DNA of 64,000 nt, taken from positions 96,001 to 160,000 of the forward strand of contig JBDRBB010000010.1 of NCBI GenBank assembly GCA_043823065.1, written 5' to 3'. Both the position numbers and the translations under genes were made by a program. Source of the stretch: Pseudomonadota bacterium (lineage in GTDB: Bacteria > UBA10199 > 2-02-FULL-44-16 > DYJF01). Numbering within the stretch: the stretch's first letter is position 1; each line of letters begins with the position of its first letter. The notes beneath the pieces were generated by a model. That model ran no database searches, was not told the origin of the DNA, and saw only the letters and a program-made list of their open reading frames with translations. This document shows, piece by piece, positions 24,588 through 36,051 of this stretch.

Positions 24588-25033
24588 TATTTAATTCTTT
24601 CCACAATTTTTACTTCTACCCGGCGATTCTTGAACATATTTTCTTCGCTAGTATTTGGTACTAATGGTCTGGACCGACCATAGCCAACTACTACCATTCT
24701 TTCTTTGCTAATACCCTTGGAAACAAAATAATCGTAAACAGCCTTTGCTCTTTTTACAGAAAGTTTTTTATTATAAGCATCTGAACCGCGAATGTCGCAG
24801 TGCCCTTCAATTCTTACTTTTAGTTTAGGATCATTTTGCAAAATTTTAATATCTTCCTCTAAAATTTGGTAACCTTCAGGTCTGATTTGATATTTATCAA
24901 AATCAAAGTTTACCCCGCGAAGTACTGTAAGATGCACCACTCGTTCGCAGTTTTCGCAACGACCGCTGCAACCTACAGTAAAAGCATATGCCCCCAGAGC
25001 GATCACGACTACCAAAAGCGCCAACCTCTTCAT
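24587..25033 (-). CDS. OmpA-family peptidoglycan-binding lipoprotein
   Basis: VGC lipobox, FDFDK, IEGHCD, NKKLSVKRA, NRRVE. Confidence 0.9.
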   Translation of the reverse strand: MKRLALLVVVIALGAYAFTVGCSGRCENCERVVHLTVLRGVNFDFDKYQIRPEGYQILEEDIKILQNDPKLKVRIEGHCDIRGSDAYNKKLSVKRAKAVYDYFVSKGISKERMVVVGYGRSRPLVPNTSEENMFKNRRVEVKIVERIK

Positions 25034-25270
25034 AAAATCCTCCTTAAATTACATTTGAGTAAAATATATGGCACTAATCTTAGGCAAAATCAAGGCTTGA
25101 GAACTAAGCCCAATCCTGCTATGGCTTTGACGTATGAAGCATAGTTTTTCAACCAGTGTACGCCTGTATGTTCGCCGGGTGTTGTTTGGAATGCTAATTA
25201 TTCCTTATAATGCGATTAGTGGTATTATTGTTGGTTCCTGGCTGATTCTTCTGGGGGCTACTCTTGGCCC

Positions 25271-25675
25271 TTGCCGCAGACCAAATTGGCCAAGAACATG
25301 GAGATTCTATCCCTGGAAACTCAATCTTTGCCCAAAAAAAGATTTAAAGTAGTTAATGAAGGGTTTACCTGTGTCCATTGTGGAACTAAGGTTAAGCCCT
25401 CCACTTGTGGTACGCCACGCAATCACTGTCCTTTTTGTCTATATTGTTTACATGTGGATATTAATGTTGGTGATCGGGAAAATCCTTGCCGAGGGGTTAT
25501 GGAACCAGTGGGCGTGGTTACAGATTCCAAAAAAGAGTATATTATTATTCACAAATGTCTAAAATGCGGCGCGCAAATGCGCACCAAGATCATTGGTAGC
25601 CAAGACATCCAACCTGATGACTTTGATTTAATTATTAAGCTGAGCACCAATCAAATTCGAATATCTAAATCCTAA
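25271..25675 (+). CDS. RNHCP domain protein
   Basis: FTCVHCG, RNHCPFCL, GDR..CRGVMEP, HKCLKCG; start uncertain (possibly 25298). Confidence 0.85.
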   Translation: MPQTKLAKNMEILSLETQSLPKKRFKVVNEGFTCVHCGTKVKPSTCGTPRNHCPFCLYCLHVDINVGDRENPCRGVMEPVGVVTDSKKEYIIIHKCLKCGAQMRTKIIGSQDIQPDDFDLIIKLSTNQIRISKS

Positions 25676-25797
25676 ATTCTAAACAAATCCAAAATCCAAA
25701 TGTTCAAATTCTCTAAACGAAATGTTTTGGTCATTTGAATTTTGGTAATTTGATATTGTTTTGAGTTTAGATATTAGAAATTAGGATTTCTAATTTA
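25651..25797. repeat. Imperfect heptamer tandem repeats forming a long inverted repeat between convergent genes
   Basis: TCTAAAT/CCTAAAT/TCTAAAC/CCAAAAT units mirrored by TTTAGAT/ATTAGAA/ATTAGGA units. Confidence 0.7.
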
Positions 25798-27519
25798 AAA
25801 CTCTATGGAGGCAGTGAGGCGGATGCCCCAGCCAAGGTTGGCATTGTCTTGCGGAATAGGTTCAATTAGGGCTCCAGGATCAGTTACGTTTACTTCAATA
25901 TTATATTCTCGGCCGGGAATTAGCACGCCACCTTCCAGGGCTGTGTAGAGATATTCAAATAATTTTGCTTCTACAGAAAGATCAAATTCCAAACCATACC
26001 AGCGTTTTAAGAAGCTGCTGGCAGTTTCAGAAATGGTTGGCAGATTGGCTGTGCCCACTACTTGCGCAAAATCTACGTTGACGTTTTTCTTATGAGCCCA
26101 GGCAGTGACTATTTTGCCGCCAACTTTTAAAAATTCACAACCAGCAATGACATCAGAGACATCAAATTCATGTTTATACCCAGCAGTAAGATAAACAGCA
26201 TTGTTAATATAATTGCCGGTTAGCCACTGGCCGCCGCCCAACTTAGCAGTTGTGCCAGGATCATAGGCTGGTTCGCCATAATAAGAAGGAGAAGTGCCTA
26301 AAGGACGGTTAAACATTAAAAGTGCAATTTGATAATCTGGTCGAAAACCTAATTGCGTGATTTTACCTGACAGCACATCACCATCACCTTGGGCAAAACC
26401 AGTTTGTATTTTCCAGGAACCGCCCCATTTATAATCAGCTTCAGCTTCAAAAGCAGCCATAAGCACTTGCATAGATTGGTTTTGAGGTAAACAAATTATA
26501 CCACCAGTGCCACAAGGATTGGCTGGATCAGCAGCGCCCAATCCTTGGAAAGGAACTGCATCTACAGCAACGCCAGTGGAAACTTTACCGCCAACATAAA
26601 CGCCTTCAAGCTGAAATTTATAATTTTCATACTGATATTTGGCATAAAGGTCGATAAAGTAGAGTAAGGTGTCTCCGTCTACCCCAGCTGCCACTTCATT
26701 TTGCAAAGCATCAGTAACCGTCATGGTCGTGGCGCCATTACGACCATCACGCCTTCTAATTCCACCAAATACACCAACTGTTGCTTCGGTCCTATCATAA
26801 ATAAATAGCGCTGCATATTGCTGAGTATCTCGGGAATTGCTGGGCATGGCTAAATCCTGAACCGTGCCGCCAAAGCCAAGACGTTGATCAGTTTGAGCTT
26901 CATAAGCAATGTCCCATGACAAACCTCCAGTAACGCTACCTGCACCAGCTAAGTCTTTTTGAAAAAGATACAAAATGCGATCTGCTGTATCGCCAAAATC
27001 ACCTTGTCGCTCCCTGCCATCATTTTGAAAAATACCCAAACCCCAATGTGAGGGTTGGCGACCAAGGCGAAATTTGCCAATAGGCGTTAATATATCTGCC
27101 CAAACCCGGCGGATGTTGATTGCTTGATTGTCTCCTGCAACACCACCAGTCATCCAGAACGAACCTGCGCCAGCAGGCATGGTTAAAGTGCCGACCAAAG
27201 GAGAAAGCACATTAAGCTCTTTAGTATCTTTGGTGCCGTAAAGTACATTATCCAAAATATCAAATTCAGCTTGAATAGAGATATGATCGTTTAATTTAAG
27301 GTTTGGTTCTAATCTTAAACGCATTTGATTATAACTGACAAAACCAAAGCGATTATTGGAATAAGCAATAGAACTGTTTGGGCGCTGAAGATCAGTATTA
27401 TCTAGAGCAACTACCCTGGTGCGGTAATAGCCATGCGTGGAAAAATCAACAGCAAGAGCAGTTGCGGTAAAGATTAATAGAAAAAAAAGAACAAAGAGAT
27501 ATTTAATGGATTTTACCAT
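25795..27519 (-). CDS. Outer membrane beta-barrel protein (hypothetical)
   Basis: Signal peptide, GYYRTR, RLRLEP, LGRQPSHWGLG, C-terminal Phe; start MVKS at 27519 with SD AGGGGAG. Confidence 0.75.
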   Translation of the reverse strand: MVKSIKYLFVLFFLLIFTATALAVDFSTHGYYRTRVVALDNTDLQRPNSSIAYSNNRFGFVSYNQMRLRLEPNLKLNDHISIQAEFDILDNVLYGTKDTKELNVLSPLVGTLTMPAGAGSFWMTGGVAGDNQAINIRRVWADILTPIGKFRLGRQPSHWGLGIFQNDGRERQGDFGDTADRILYLFQKDLAGAGSVTGGLSWDIAYEAQTDQRLGFGGTVQDLAMPSNSRDTQQYAALFIYDRTEATVGVFGGIRRRDGRNGATTMTVTDALQNEVAAGVDGDTLLYFIDLYAKYQYENYKFQLEGVYVGGKVSTGVAVDAVPFQGLGAADPANPCGTGGIICLPQNQSMQVLMAAFEAEADYKWGGSWKIQTGFAQGDGDVLSGKITQLGFRPDYQIALLMFNRPLGTSPSYYGEPAYDPGTTAKLGGGQWLTGNYINNAVYLTAGYKHEFDVSDVIAGCEFLKVGGKIVTAWAHKKNVNVDFAQVVGTANLPTISETASSFLKRWYGLEFDLSVEAKLFEYLYTALEGGVLIPGREYNIEVNVTDPGALIEPIPQDNANLGWGIRLTASIEF

Positions 27520-27578
27520 GACTCCCCTTTTAGAATTTTCTAATAATATCATGGTTTTCAGAAGCGTCAAGGAACAAT

Positions 27579-27610
27579 AAAAAAGCCCCTGTTAAAAACA
27601 GGGGCTTTTG
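27579..27610 (-). terminator. Intrinsic terminator after groEL
   Basis: AAAAGCCCCTGTT..AACAGGGGCTTTT hairpin. Confidence 0.8.
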
Positions 27611-27632
27611 GCAATTGTACTTGAAACGCAGA

Positions 27633-29294
<1,662 letters not shown>

Positions 29295-29305
29295 TTACAA
29301 TTAAA

Positions 29306-29608
29306 TTAACTAACAATTCCAAGTACATCATCTTCACGCATGATTAAATATTCTTCACCAGAGATTTTGATTTCATTTCCAGAATATTTGGTGAATAAAA
29401 CGCGGTTACCTGCTTTTACTTCCAAAGGCTGGGTCTTGCCAGTATCTAAAAGTTTTCCTGCGCCAACAGCAATTACTTCACCTTCTTGGGGTTTTTCTTT
29501 TGCAGAATCTGGAATGATGATTCCGCCTGCGGTTTTTTCTTCCTCGGTTAAGCGCTTGACCAAGATGCGATCATGCAGAGGTCGAAAGTTTGGGGTTTTT
29601 GGTGCCAT
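29306..29608 (-). CDS. groES: Co-chaperonin GroES
   Basis: [23 protein letters not shown]. Confidence 0.98.
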   Translation of the reverse strand: MAPKTPNFRPLHDRILVKRLTEEEKTAGGIIIPDSAKEKPQEGEVIAVGAGKLLDTGKTQPLEVKAGNRVLFTKYSGNEIKISGEEYLIMREDDVLGIVS

Positions 29609-29647
29609 ATAAGTCCTCCTTTTTAGTTTTTGTTATTTTTCGCTTCA

Positions 29648-29674
29648 TTAGCACTCTCCTTTGAGGAGTGCCAA
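29648..29674. promoter_or_regulatory. CIRCE (HrcA operator)
   Basis: TTAGCACTC-N9-GAGTGCCAA upstream of groES. Confidence 0.92.
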
Positions 29675-29689
29675 TCAGCACGATTGTGC

Positions 29690-29719
29690 ACTATAGGGGG
29701 TCAAACCCCAGGTTGTCAA
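29690..29719 (-). promoter_or_regulatory. sigma70-type promoter of groESL
   Basis: TTGACA-N18-TATAGT immediately upstream of the CIRCE. Confidence 0.7.
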
Positions 29720-29739
29720 GGGGTGAAAACAATTTTTTA

Positions 29740-30651
29740 TTATAAAGGTTGACTCCAGCCCTCAGTTAACCCCCATTTAAGCAGGGCTTTTTCTGCTTTT
29801 TCAAACTCTTGAGCAAAGATCCTGCGGTTTATAATGGAGTCTTGGGAGGCCTTATAAGCAGGGAAATATTGACTCATTAGATTAACCGGCACCTTGGTAG
29901 ATAGTTCTTTGGCTACAAATTCAAATAATTTCTCACTTGAGGCCAGGCCCCCAGGAAGAACTAAGTGCCTGATAAGTAATCCTTTTTTGCCAAGGCCGTT
30001 TTCATCAACCTCTAATGGTCCAACTTGTTTATACATTTCTTTAAGCGCCAGACAAACATGCTTATAATAGTTAGTTGCCCCAGAATATTTTTGGGCGATT
30101 TTATCATCAAAATACTTAATATCTGGCATATAGATATCTACCAGTCCATTTAGAAGTCTTAATGCTTCTAACCCCTCATACCCACTTGAGTTATAAACAA
30201 TAGGAATTTTTAAACCCTTTTGAGCAGCAATTAAAAGCCCAGCCAAAAATTGGGCTGTGACATGCGAAGGGGTGACCAAATTGATATTATGGGAACCTCT
30301 TTTTTGTAAATTTAGCATTAGTAAAGCCAAGCGAGCAGGATTTGCTGGTTCGCCATTACCCATTTGGCTGATGGGATAGTTTTGGCAAAAGATGCAGCGC
30401 AGATTGCAAAAAGAAAAAAAGATCGTGCCAGAACCTTGGCTGCCGCTAATTGGCGGTTCTTCACCATGATGCAAATTAGCGCTAGCCACTTTGCAAATTT
30501 TACCTGTGCGGCAAAGACCGAGTTCGTTTTTTAGGCGATTAACCTTGCATTTATGCGGACACAATTTACACGAGCGCAAAGCCTGATAAGCCAAACCCAC
30601 ACGCTTAGCCAGCTCCCCAGATTGTAAAAGTTTAAGATAAGAAGGGTTCAT
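29740..30651 (-). CDS. Radical SAM protein, PflX-like
   Basis: CKLCPHKC, HHGEEPPISG, CNLRCIFCQN, RHLVLP; true start MNPSY. Confidence 0.88.
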   Translation of the reverse strand: MNPSYLKLLQSGELAKRVGLAYQALRSCKLCPHKCKVNRLKNELGLCRTGKICKVASANLHHGEEPPISGSQGSGTIFFSFCNLRCIFCQNYPISQMGNGEPANPARLALLMLNLQKRGSHNINLVTPSHVTAQFLAGLLIAAQKGLKIPIVYNSSGYEGLEALRLLNGLVDIYMPDIKYFDDKIAQKYSGATNYYKHVCLALKEMYKQVGPLEVDENGLGKKGLLIRHLVLPGGLASSEKLFEFVAKELSTKVPVNLMSQYFPAYKASQDSIINRRIFAQEFEKAEKALLKWGLTEGWSQPL

Positions 30652-30656
30652 TATAA

Positions 30657-30737
30657 TGTTGTCATTGCGAGGAACGCAAGTGACGAAGCAATCCAGTCTG
30701 GATCGCCACGTCGCTAGCGCTCCTCGCGATGACAACA
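30657..30737. repeat. GTCATTGCGAG-type palindromic element
   Basis: TGTTGTCATTGCGAGG..CCTCGCGATGACAACA; homologous to 33661-33750. Confidence 0.85.
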
Positions 30738-30745
30738 GTGGAAAT

Positions 30746-31921
30746 TTAATACAAAAGGAACTTCTTCCTCTTATCCATAAAAGTTTCTTCGGCTTTACTA
30801 AGCTTTGCTAACACATCAAAGCTCTCATTAATATTTTCCCTGAAAAAAGAAGAACCAGTTAACAGATCAATTGCTGGTTTATCTGAAACAAATTCATATT
30901 TTTCAGTGCGCCATTCAAAACCATGCTGATGATATAACTTATGCAAGCACCAGATAAAAGCCAGGCCAGTTAAATATGGCAAAAAAGTTTTTTCATCTAA
31001 AATTTTCCAACGTACGCCCTGGCAGGATTTCCCTGCCCATTTTTGTTTTCCAGGCACAAACTGAATTGGTTTGGCTTTAATTCCAGGTAAGTTTAATTTT
31101 TCAAATTCAGCAATTAATTTTTCAGCATGAATGAAAGGAGCACCCACCACTTCAAATGGAGAATTTGTGCCGCGACCTTCAGAAATATTGGTTCCTTCAA
31201 TTAAACACATTCCTGGATAGAGCAGGGCAGCTTCGTAAGACCGCATATTAGGCGAGGGATTGTGCCAGGCAAGTTCAGTATCTGGCCATACCCAAGATCT
31301 TGGCCAGTCTTGCAAATGGATGATTTGCAACCCACATTCAATATTATATTCTTTAACTAAGTAGTTGGCAATTTCAGCAATGGTCATTCCATGCCGAACA
31401 GGCAAGGGTCTTAAGCCCACAAAAGATTCAAAACCAGGTTTAGGCAACGCGCCTTCTAAACTTAATCCATTAAGCGGATTGGGTCTATCACAGATAATAA
31501 CTTGCTTGCCATAGTTTTGGCAGGCCTTAAGGCATAAAGCCATGGTCCAAATATAGGTATAATATCTGGAACCAATATCTTGCAGGTCAATAATTAAACA
31601 ATCAATTTGATCCAGCATTTTTTTGCGAGGACTAAGCGAGCTGAAACTATTGCCATAAAGGCTATAAACAGGAAGTGGTTTTCCAGTTTGCTCATTTGAA
31701 AATTTAGAGTCAGCAACTGATTCCATGTCTTGAGCTACAGAGCTCAAGCCGTGTTCTGGACCAAATAAGGTGGTGATTTTCAAACCCTCTTGGGCTAAAA
31801 GCAGATCTACAATGTTTTCCCCATCTGAATTAACGCTGGCCGTGTTAGCCAAAATACCTAAGCGTTTATTTTCCAGCAGATGTAAATATTCAGCGGTTAA
31901 TCTATCAAGGCCTAGCTTCAT
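30746..31921 (-). CDS. namZ: Exo-beta-N-acetylmuramidase NamZ (DUF1343)
   Basis: LFGPEHG, DLQDIGSRYYTY, DRPNP, PSPNM, SEGRGT. Confidence 0.9.
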   Translation of the reverse strand: MKLGLDRLTAEYLHLLENKRLGILANTASVNSDGENIVDLLLAQEGLKITTLFGPEHGLSSVAQDMESVADSKFSNEQTGKPLPVYSLYGNSFSSLSPRKKMLDQIDCLIIDLQDIGSRYYTYIWTMALCLKACQNYGKQVIICDRPNPLNGLSLEGALPKPGFESFVGLRPLPVRHGMTIAEIANYLVKEYNIECGLQIIHLQDWPRSWVWPDTELAWHNPSPNMRSYEAALLYPGMCLIEGTNISEGRGTNSPFEVVGAPFIHAEKLIAEFEKLNLPGIKAKPIQFVPGKQKWAGKSCQGVRWKILDEKTFLPYLTGLAFIWCLHKLYHQHGFEWRTEKYEFVSDKPAIDLLTGSSFFRENINESFDVLAKLSKAEETFMDKRKKFLLY

Positions 31922-31957
31922 GTTGACAATAAATATACACTCTCATAGAGAAAGCAA

Positions 31958-33223
31958 ATGAAAATGAAAAACAGAGAAACATTATTAGATCGGTTTTTGA
32001 AGTATGTAAAAATTGATACTCAGGCAGATAGCGAATCAGTAACCCATCCTAGCACCAAAGGTCAGTTGGAATTGGCCAGAATTGTACAGCAAGATTTCAA
32101 AAACGCCGGAGTTCAGGACATAGTCTTAACTGATGATGGCTTCTTGTTTGGCACTATTTCAGCCAACCTTCCCCAAGATCATCCCAACTTGAACAAGGTG
32201 CCAATCCTTGGTTTTCTCGCCCACTTTGATACAGCTTTAGAGACTTCAGGAAAAAACGTAAATCCTCAGGTTGTTAAAAATTATAATGGTGAAAAAATAG
32301 TTCTGCCAAATAATCAAGAAGAGATATTAGATCCCGCAGAAATTCCAGCGCTAAAAGCCTGTCAAGGCCACACCCTTATCACCACAGATGGCACAACTCT
32401 TTTGGGGGCAGACAATAAAGCCGGAATTGCTGAAATTGTGGAGCTGGTCTATTATCTTCAAGAAAATCCAGATAAATTGCACGGCGATCTTCGCTTAGCA
32501 ATTATTCCAGATGAAGAAATAGGAGTAGGTGCTCATCGCTTGAATCTTAAAAAGTTTGGTGCGGATTTTGCCTATACAATAGATGGGGGAAGTTTGGGTG
32601 AAGTTGATTTTGAGAGCTTTAATGGTTTTCAGGGTAAGATTAAAGTAAAGGGAAATGCGGTTTTTCCAGGCTATGGCAAGGGCGCGTATTTAAATGCCAT
32701 TCAAGTTTTAGCAGAATTTATTTCTGATATGAGCCCTAAGCTTTGGCCACAACACTGTGAAGGCCGGCAAGGAATTTGGTGGGTAGATAAATTTAAGGGA
32801 GATACATCAGGAGCTGAAGTAAAAATTTTCTTACGCGATTTTGAAATTTCTGGCATTGAAAGCATGAAGAGAATGTTGAATGATTTAAAAGACATCATTT
32901 CAAAAAAATATCCTAAAGCAAAAATTAAAGTTGAAATTCAAGAAACCTATCGCAATTACAAAGATCATTTAAATAAAGATCCCAGAGTAGTGGAATATGC
33001 TAAAAAAGCCATGCAGCAAATAGGCATTGTACCCAAGCCAAATTCAGTGCGCGGCGGAAATGATGCCTGTGGTTTGTGTGCAAATGGACTTCTTTCTACC
33101 AATTTATTTGCCGGAGCTCATCAGATGCATTCTTATTTGGAATGGACCAGTTTAGAAGTGATGCAAAAAACAGTGGAAACCATAGCCAGTCTAGCTGAAG
33201 TGTGGGTTAGGGAGGCTAAATGA
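31958..33223 (+). CDS. pepT: Peptidase T
   Basis: AHFDT, TDGTTLLGADNKAG, PDEEIG, RGGND. Confidence 0.92.
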   Translation: MKMKNRETLLDRFLKYVKIDTQADSESVTHPSTKGQLELARIVQQDFKNAGVQDIVLTDDGFLFGTISANLPQDHPNLNKVPILGFLAHFDTALETSGKNVNPQVVKNYNGEKIVLPNNQEEILDPAEIPALKACQGHTLITTDGTTLLGADNKAGIAEIVELVYYLQENPDKLHGDLRLAIIPDEEIGVGAHRLNLKKFGADFAYTIDGGSLGEVDFESFNGFQGKIKVKGNAVFPGYGKGAYLNAIQVLAEFISDMSPKLWPQHCEGRQGIWWVDKFKGDTSGAEVKIFLRDFEISGIESMKRMLNDLKDIISKKYPKAKIKVEIQETYRNYKDHLNKDPRVVEYAKKAMQQIGIVPKPNSVRGGNDACGLCANGLLSTNLFAGAHQMHSYLEWTSLEVMQKTVETIASLAEVWVREAK

Positions 33224-34770
33224 AAAAACTAATCTGCAGTATATTTATTTTAGCGCTCTGGATTTTTCCCAGCCTGGTTTTTGCCCAAGCTAAGCATTTA
33301 ACTATTCTTCATTTTAATGATATTCACGGACATCTAGATGATGGTATAAAAATAGCCACCCTAATTGAACAAATTAAAAAAGAGAATAAAACTAAAGGCT
33401 GGCAAACCCTGGTTTTATTTGGTGGAGATGCCTTTACAGGCACAATAATTTCGCGCGAGTTTCAGGGAAAGGCAGAATTTGATTTTTTTAATGCTTTGGA
33501 TCTGGATGCTATGGTTATTGGTAATCATGAGTTTGATTATGGTCAACAAGTGCTGCAAGAAAGAATCAAGCAAGCTAACTTTCCCCTGTTGTCTGCAAAT
33601 ATATATTTGCAAGACTCTCAAAAATTATTATTTGATCCAGTAGTCATTATTGAATTAGGGGGTGTCATCGCGAGCGACCAAAGGGAGCGTGGCGATCCAG
33701 TGAAGATAGCACCGGGATTGCTTCGTCGTTCCACTCCTCGCAATGACACCAATGACACCATTGACAACAGGGCTTTAACAGTTGGACTGGTTGGCCTAAC
33801 CTATGAGCAAACTCCTGGTATATCTATGCCAGAGTTGGTGGCTAATCTGGAGTTTAAAAACACACTTAAAGCTTTTCAGAAAAATCGCCAGCAAATATCT
33901 AAAGCAGATCTTAAAATAGCACTTACTCATCAAGGGATTGATGAAGATATAAAACTAGCCCAAAAAAATTCAGAATTAACCGCGGTGATTGGTGGGCATG
34001 ATCATGTGGAGCCAGAACAGTATTGTCGTTTGGTGAAAAAGATTCCGGTTTGTCAAACCCCGGCCAATGGAAAGTTTTTGGGAAGAATTGATTTTGAGAT
34101 TAATGAAGGAAGATCGCGTTATCTTGATTCACAATTGATTCCAGTTTCACAAAATACCAAAAATCATCCCAAGCTTGCGGCTTTATTAAGACCATATCAA
34201 CAACAAGCAAGTAAAAAATATAATCAAGTGATTGGTTATACCAAACAAGATTTAAACACAGGTCGGGGCAAAGAAACAGAGCTGGGTAATCTTTTTGCCG
34301 ACGCCCTTCGGGAAAATACTAGGGCAGATATCGCACTCATAAATAGCGGTGGAATTCGCAATTCAATTTACCAGGGCAAGATTAGGTTAAAAGACCTTAC
34401 AGAATTATATCCATTTGACAATAAAGCAGTGGTTATGAATTTAAAAGGAGAAATTATACAAGAAATGCTGGCTCATTCTGTAAAGCAGGGAGGATCTACT
34501 TTTTTGCAAGTATCTGGAGTCGAATTTACCATTAAAGACAATAAACCAACTGCTATAAAAATTAATAATCAACCCTTGGAGCCAAAGAAGATATATAAGG
34601 TTGCAGTAGATGGCTATATGGCTGTTGGCGGAAATGGTTATAAAATGCTCACCAAAATTCCTGATCAAAAAGAAGGTGATTTGATTCGAGATATTTTTAT
34701 TGAATATGTTAGACAAAATTATGCTGTTTCAGCTCCGCGCCCGGATAGAATTCATTATTTTTTGCCGTGA
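33220..34770 (+). CDS. 5'-nucleotidase/UDP-sugar hydrolase (UshA-like) with in-frame repeat insertion
   Basis: HFNDIHG, GGD, GNHEFDYG, GGHDH, NSGGIR, YPFDN. Confidence 0.9.
   Translation: MKKLICSIFILALWIFPSLVFAQAKHLTILHFNDIHGHLDDGIKIATLIEQIKKENKTKGWQTLVLFGGDAFTGTIISREFQGKAEFDFFNALDLDAMVIGNHEFDYGQQVLQERIKQANFPLLSANIYLQDSQKLLFDPVVIIELGGVIASDQRERGDPVKIAPGLLRRSTPRNDTNDTIDNRALTVGLVGLTYEQTPGISMPELVANLEFKNTLKAFQKNRQQISKADLKIALTHQGIDEDIKLAQKNSELTAVIGGHDHVEPEQYCRLVKKIPVCQTPANGKFLGRIDFEINEGRSRYLDSQLIPVSQNTKNHPKLAALLRPYQQQASKKYNQVIGYTKQDLNTGRGKETELGNLFADALRENTRADIALINSGGIRNSIYQGKIRLKDLTELYPFDNKAVVMNLKGEIIQEMLAHSVKQGGSTFLQVSGVEFTIKDNKPTAIKINNQPLEPKKIYKVAVDGYMAVGGNGYKMLTKIPDQKEGDLIRDIFIEYVRQNYAVSAPRPDRIHYFLP
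33661..33750. repeat. Palindromic element inside a coding sequence
   Basis: GGTGTCATCGCGAG..CTCGCAATGACACC; same family as 30657-30737. Confidence 0.85.
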
Positions 34771-35111
34771 GTGACAATAACCGTGGTGCTAATTCCGCCG
34801 CGCACATTAAACACTCCTTTAATTTCCATCCAGTGTGGCTTGCAGGCTGAAACTAAATCAGAAAGGATTTTGTTGGTAACTGCTTCATGAAATGCGCCTT
34901 CATTGCGATAACTCCAAAGATATAATTTTAGGGACTTTAATTCTAAACAGAGCTGGTTGGGAATATATTCAATAGTAAACTGCGCAAAATCTGGTTGGCC
35001 GGTCATAGGACACAAACAAGTAAATTCTGGACAATCCATGATTATACTATATTTACGTTTGGGTTGTGGATTGGCAAAGATTTTAATGTTTTTGGAAGGT
35101 TTAGTGCTCAT
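34755..35111 (-). CDS. queF: PreQ0 reductase QueF (type I)
   Basis: PEFTCLCPMTGQPDFA, ELKSLKLY, FHE, RGGI; start MSTKP at 35111. Confidence 0.95.
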   Translation of the reverse strand: MSTKPSKNIKIFANPQPKRKYSIIMDCPEFTCLCPMTGQPDFAQFTIEYIPNQLCLELKSLKLYLWSYRNEGAFHEAVTNKILSDLVSACKPHWMEIKGVFNVRGGISTTVIVTHGKK

Positions 35112-35115
35112 AATT

Positions 35116-36051
35116 TTAAGAAACAATAACTTTAAGCCTTTGGCCAACTTCAATATTAATTTTACTGGATTCTTCTGGCGTGTCGCCATCTACTGTATAT
35201 CGATGCGGTATATCCAGTTCAATGGTTGCTTTTTTGCCGATAATATCAAAACTATTTTCTGGTCTTAATTCACGTGCTAAAAAAGCAGGCGGTAAAGTAT
35301 ATAAAAGCTGAAGAGGCGTAGCAGAAAGAGCTACTAAATGAAATTGGCCAGGATTTTTGCGAGCATGACATATTGGCCGAAATTTAAAACCCAATTCTTC
35401 AATAGTGCCAGCCATGATCATATTATAGTTCTTAAAAGGTCCAGTTTTGCCATCAACTGTAATTTGGGCATCAAATCGTTCACAAAGTTTAATAGAAAAC
35501 CCAGTGTTTAACAAACAAGAGCCAACAGCTTGACCTAAAAGCCTGATTGCGCGCCAAGGAGTTGGATCACCATTTTTATGTTGATCATAAACATCAATAA
35601 AGCGGCTAACCACACCCATACCAAATATAAAACCATAGGAATCATTAATTTTAAGCAAATCAATCTCGGTTTCTTCAAAAGGAATTTCCTCGTGATATTT
35701 AAGAATTAAATTAGAAAGAATTTTTTCTGAAGTACCTTTAATATTTAAACAATTTGCTAGATTATTCATGGTGCCGCCGCGTAGAAAAGCAATTTTAGGC
35801 AGTTTTTGATCGCCATAAACATTTAAAAAAGTGGTCAAGGTTTTATGATTTGTTCCATCTCCACCTGAAATTCCTAATATCTCAATTTTATGCTGTTTGA
35901 ACTGGCGCGCGAGTTGTTCTACCTGGTTTAAGTCTTTAGTGGTATGACAAGACCCTTTTTCGCCAACAATAAAACCCAAACGCTCAGCTTTAGTAGGATC
36001 TTTGCGGTGTCCCCGAGAATGTGGATTTACAATGATTCCGATGCCTGGCAT
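35116..36051 (-). CDS. Diacylglycerol/sphingosine kinase family protein
   Basis: VNPHS, GGDGT, GGTMNNLA, VDGD. Confidence 0.85.
   Translation of the reverse strand: MPGIGIIVNPHSRGHRKDPTKAERLGFIVGEKGSCHTTKDLNQVEQLARQFKQHKIEILGISGGDGTNHKTLTTFLNVYGDQKLPKIAFLRGGTMNNLANCLNIKGTSEKILSNLILKYHEEIPFEETEIDLLKINDSYGFIFGMGVVSRFIDVYDQHKNGDPTPWRAIRLLGQAVGSCLLNTGFSIKLCERFDAQITVDGKTGPFKNYNMIMAGTIEELGFKFRPICHARKNPGQFHLVALSATPLQLLYTLPPAFLARELRPENSFDIIGKKATIELDIPHRYTVDGDTPEESSKINIEVGQRLKVIVS

Noticed and set aside
25134..25352. 72-aa hydrophobic ORF
   Set aside because: It overlaps the RNHCP gene and has no SD or recognisable motif; unsupported
30652..30735. N-terminal extension of the PflX-like ORF
   Set aside because: It derives from the palindromic repeat; the real start is probably MNPSY at 30651
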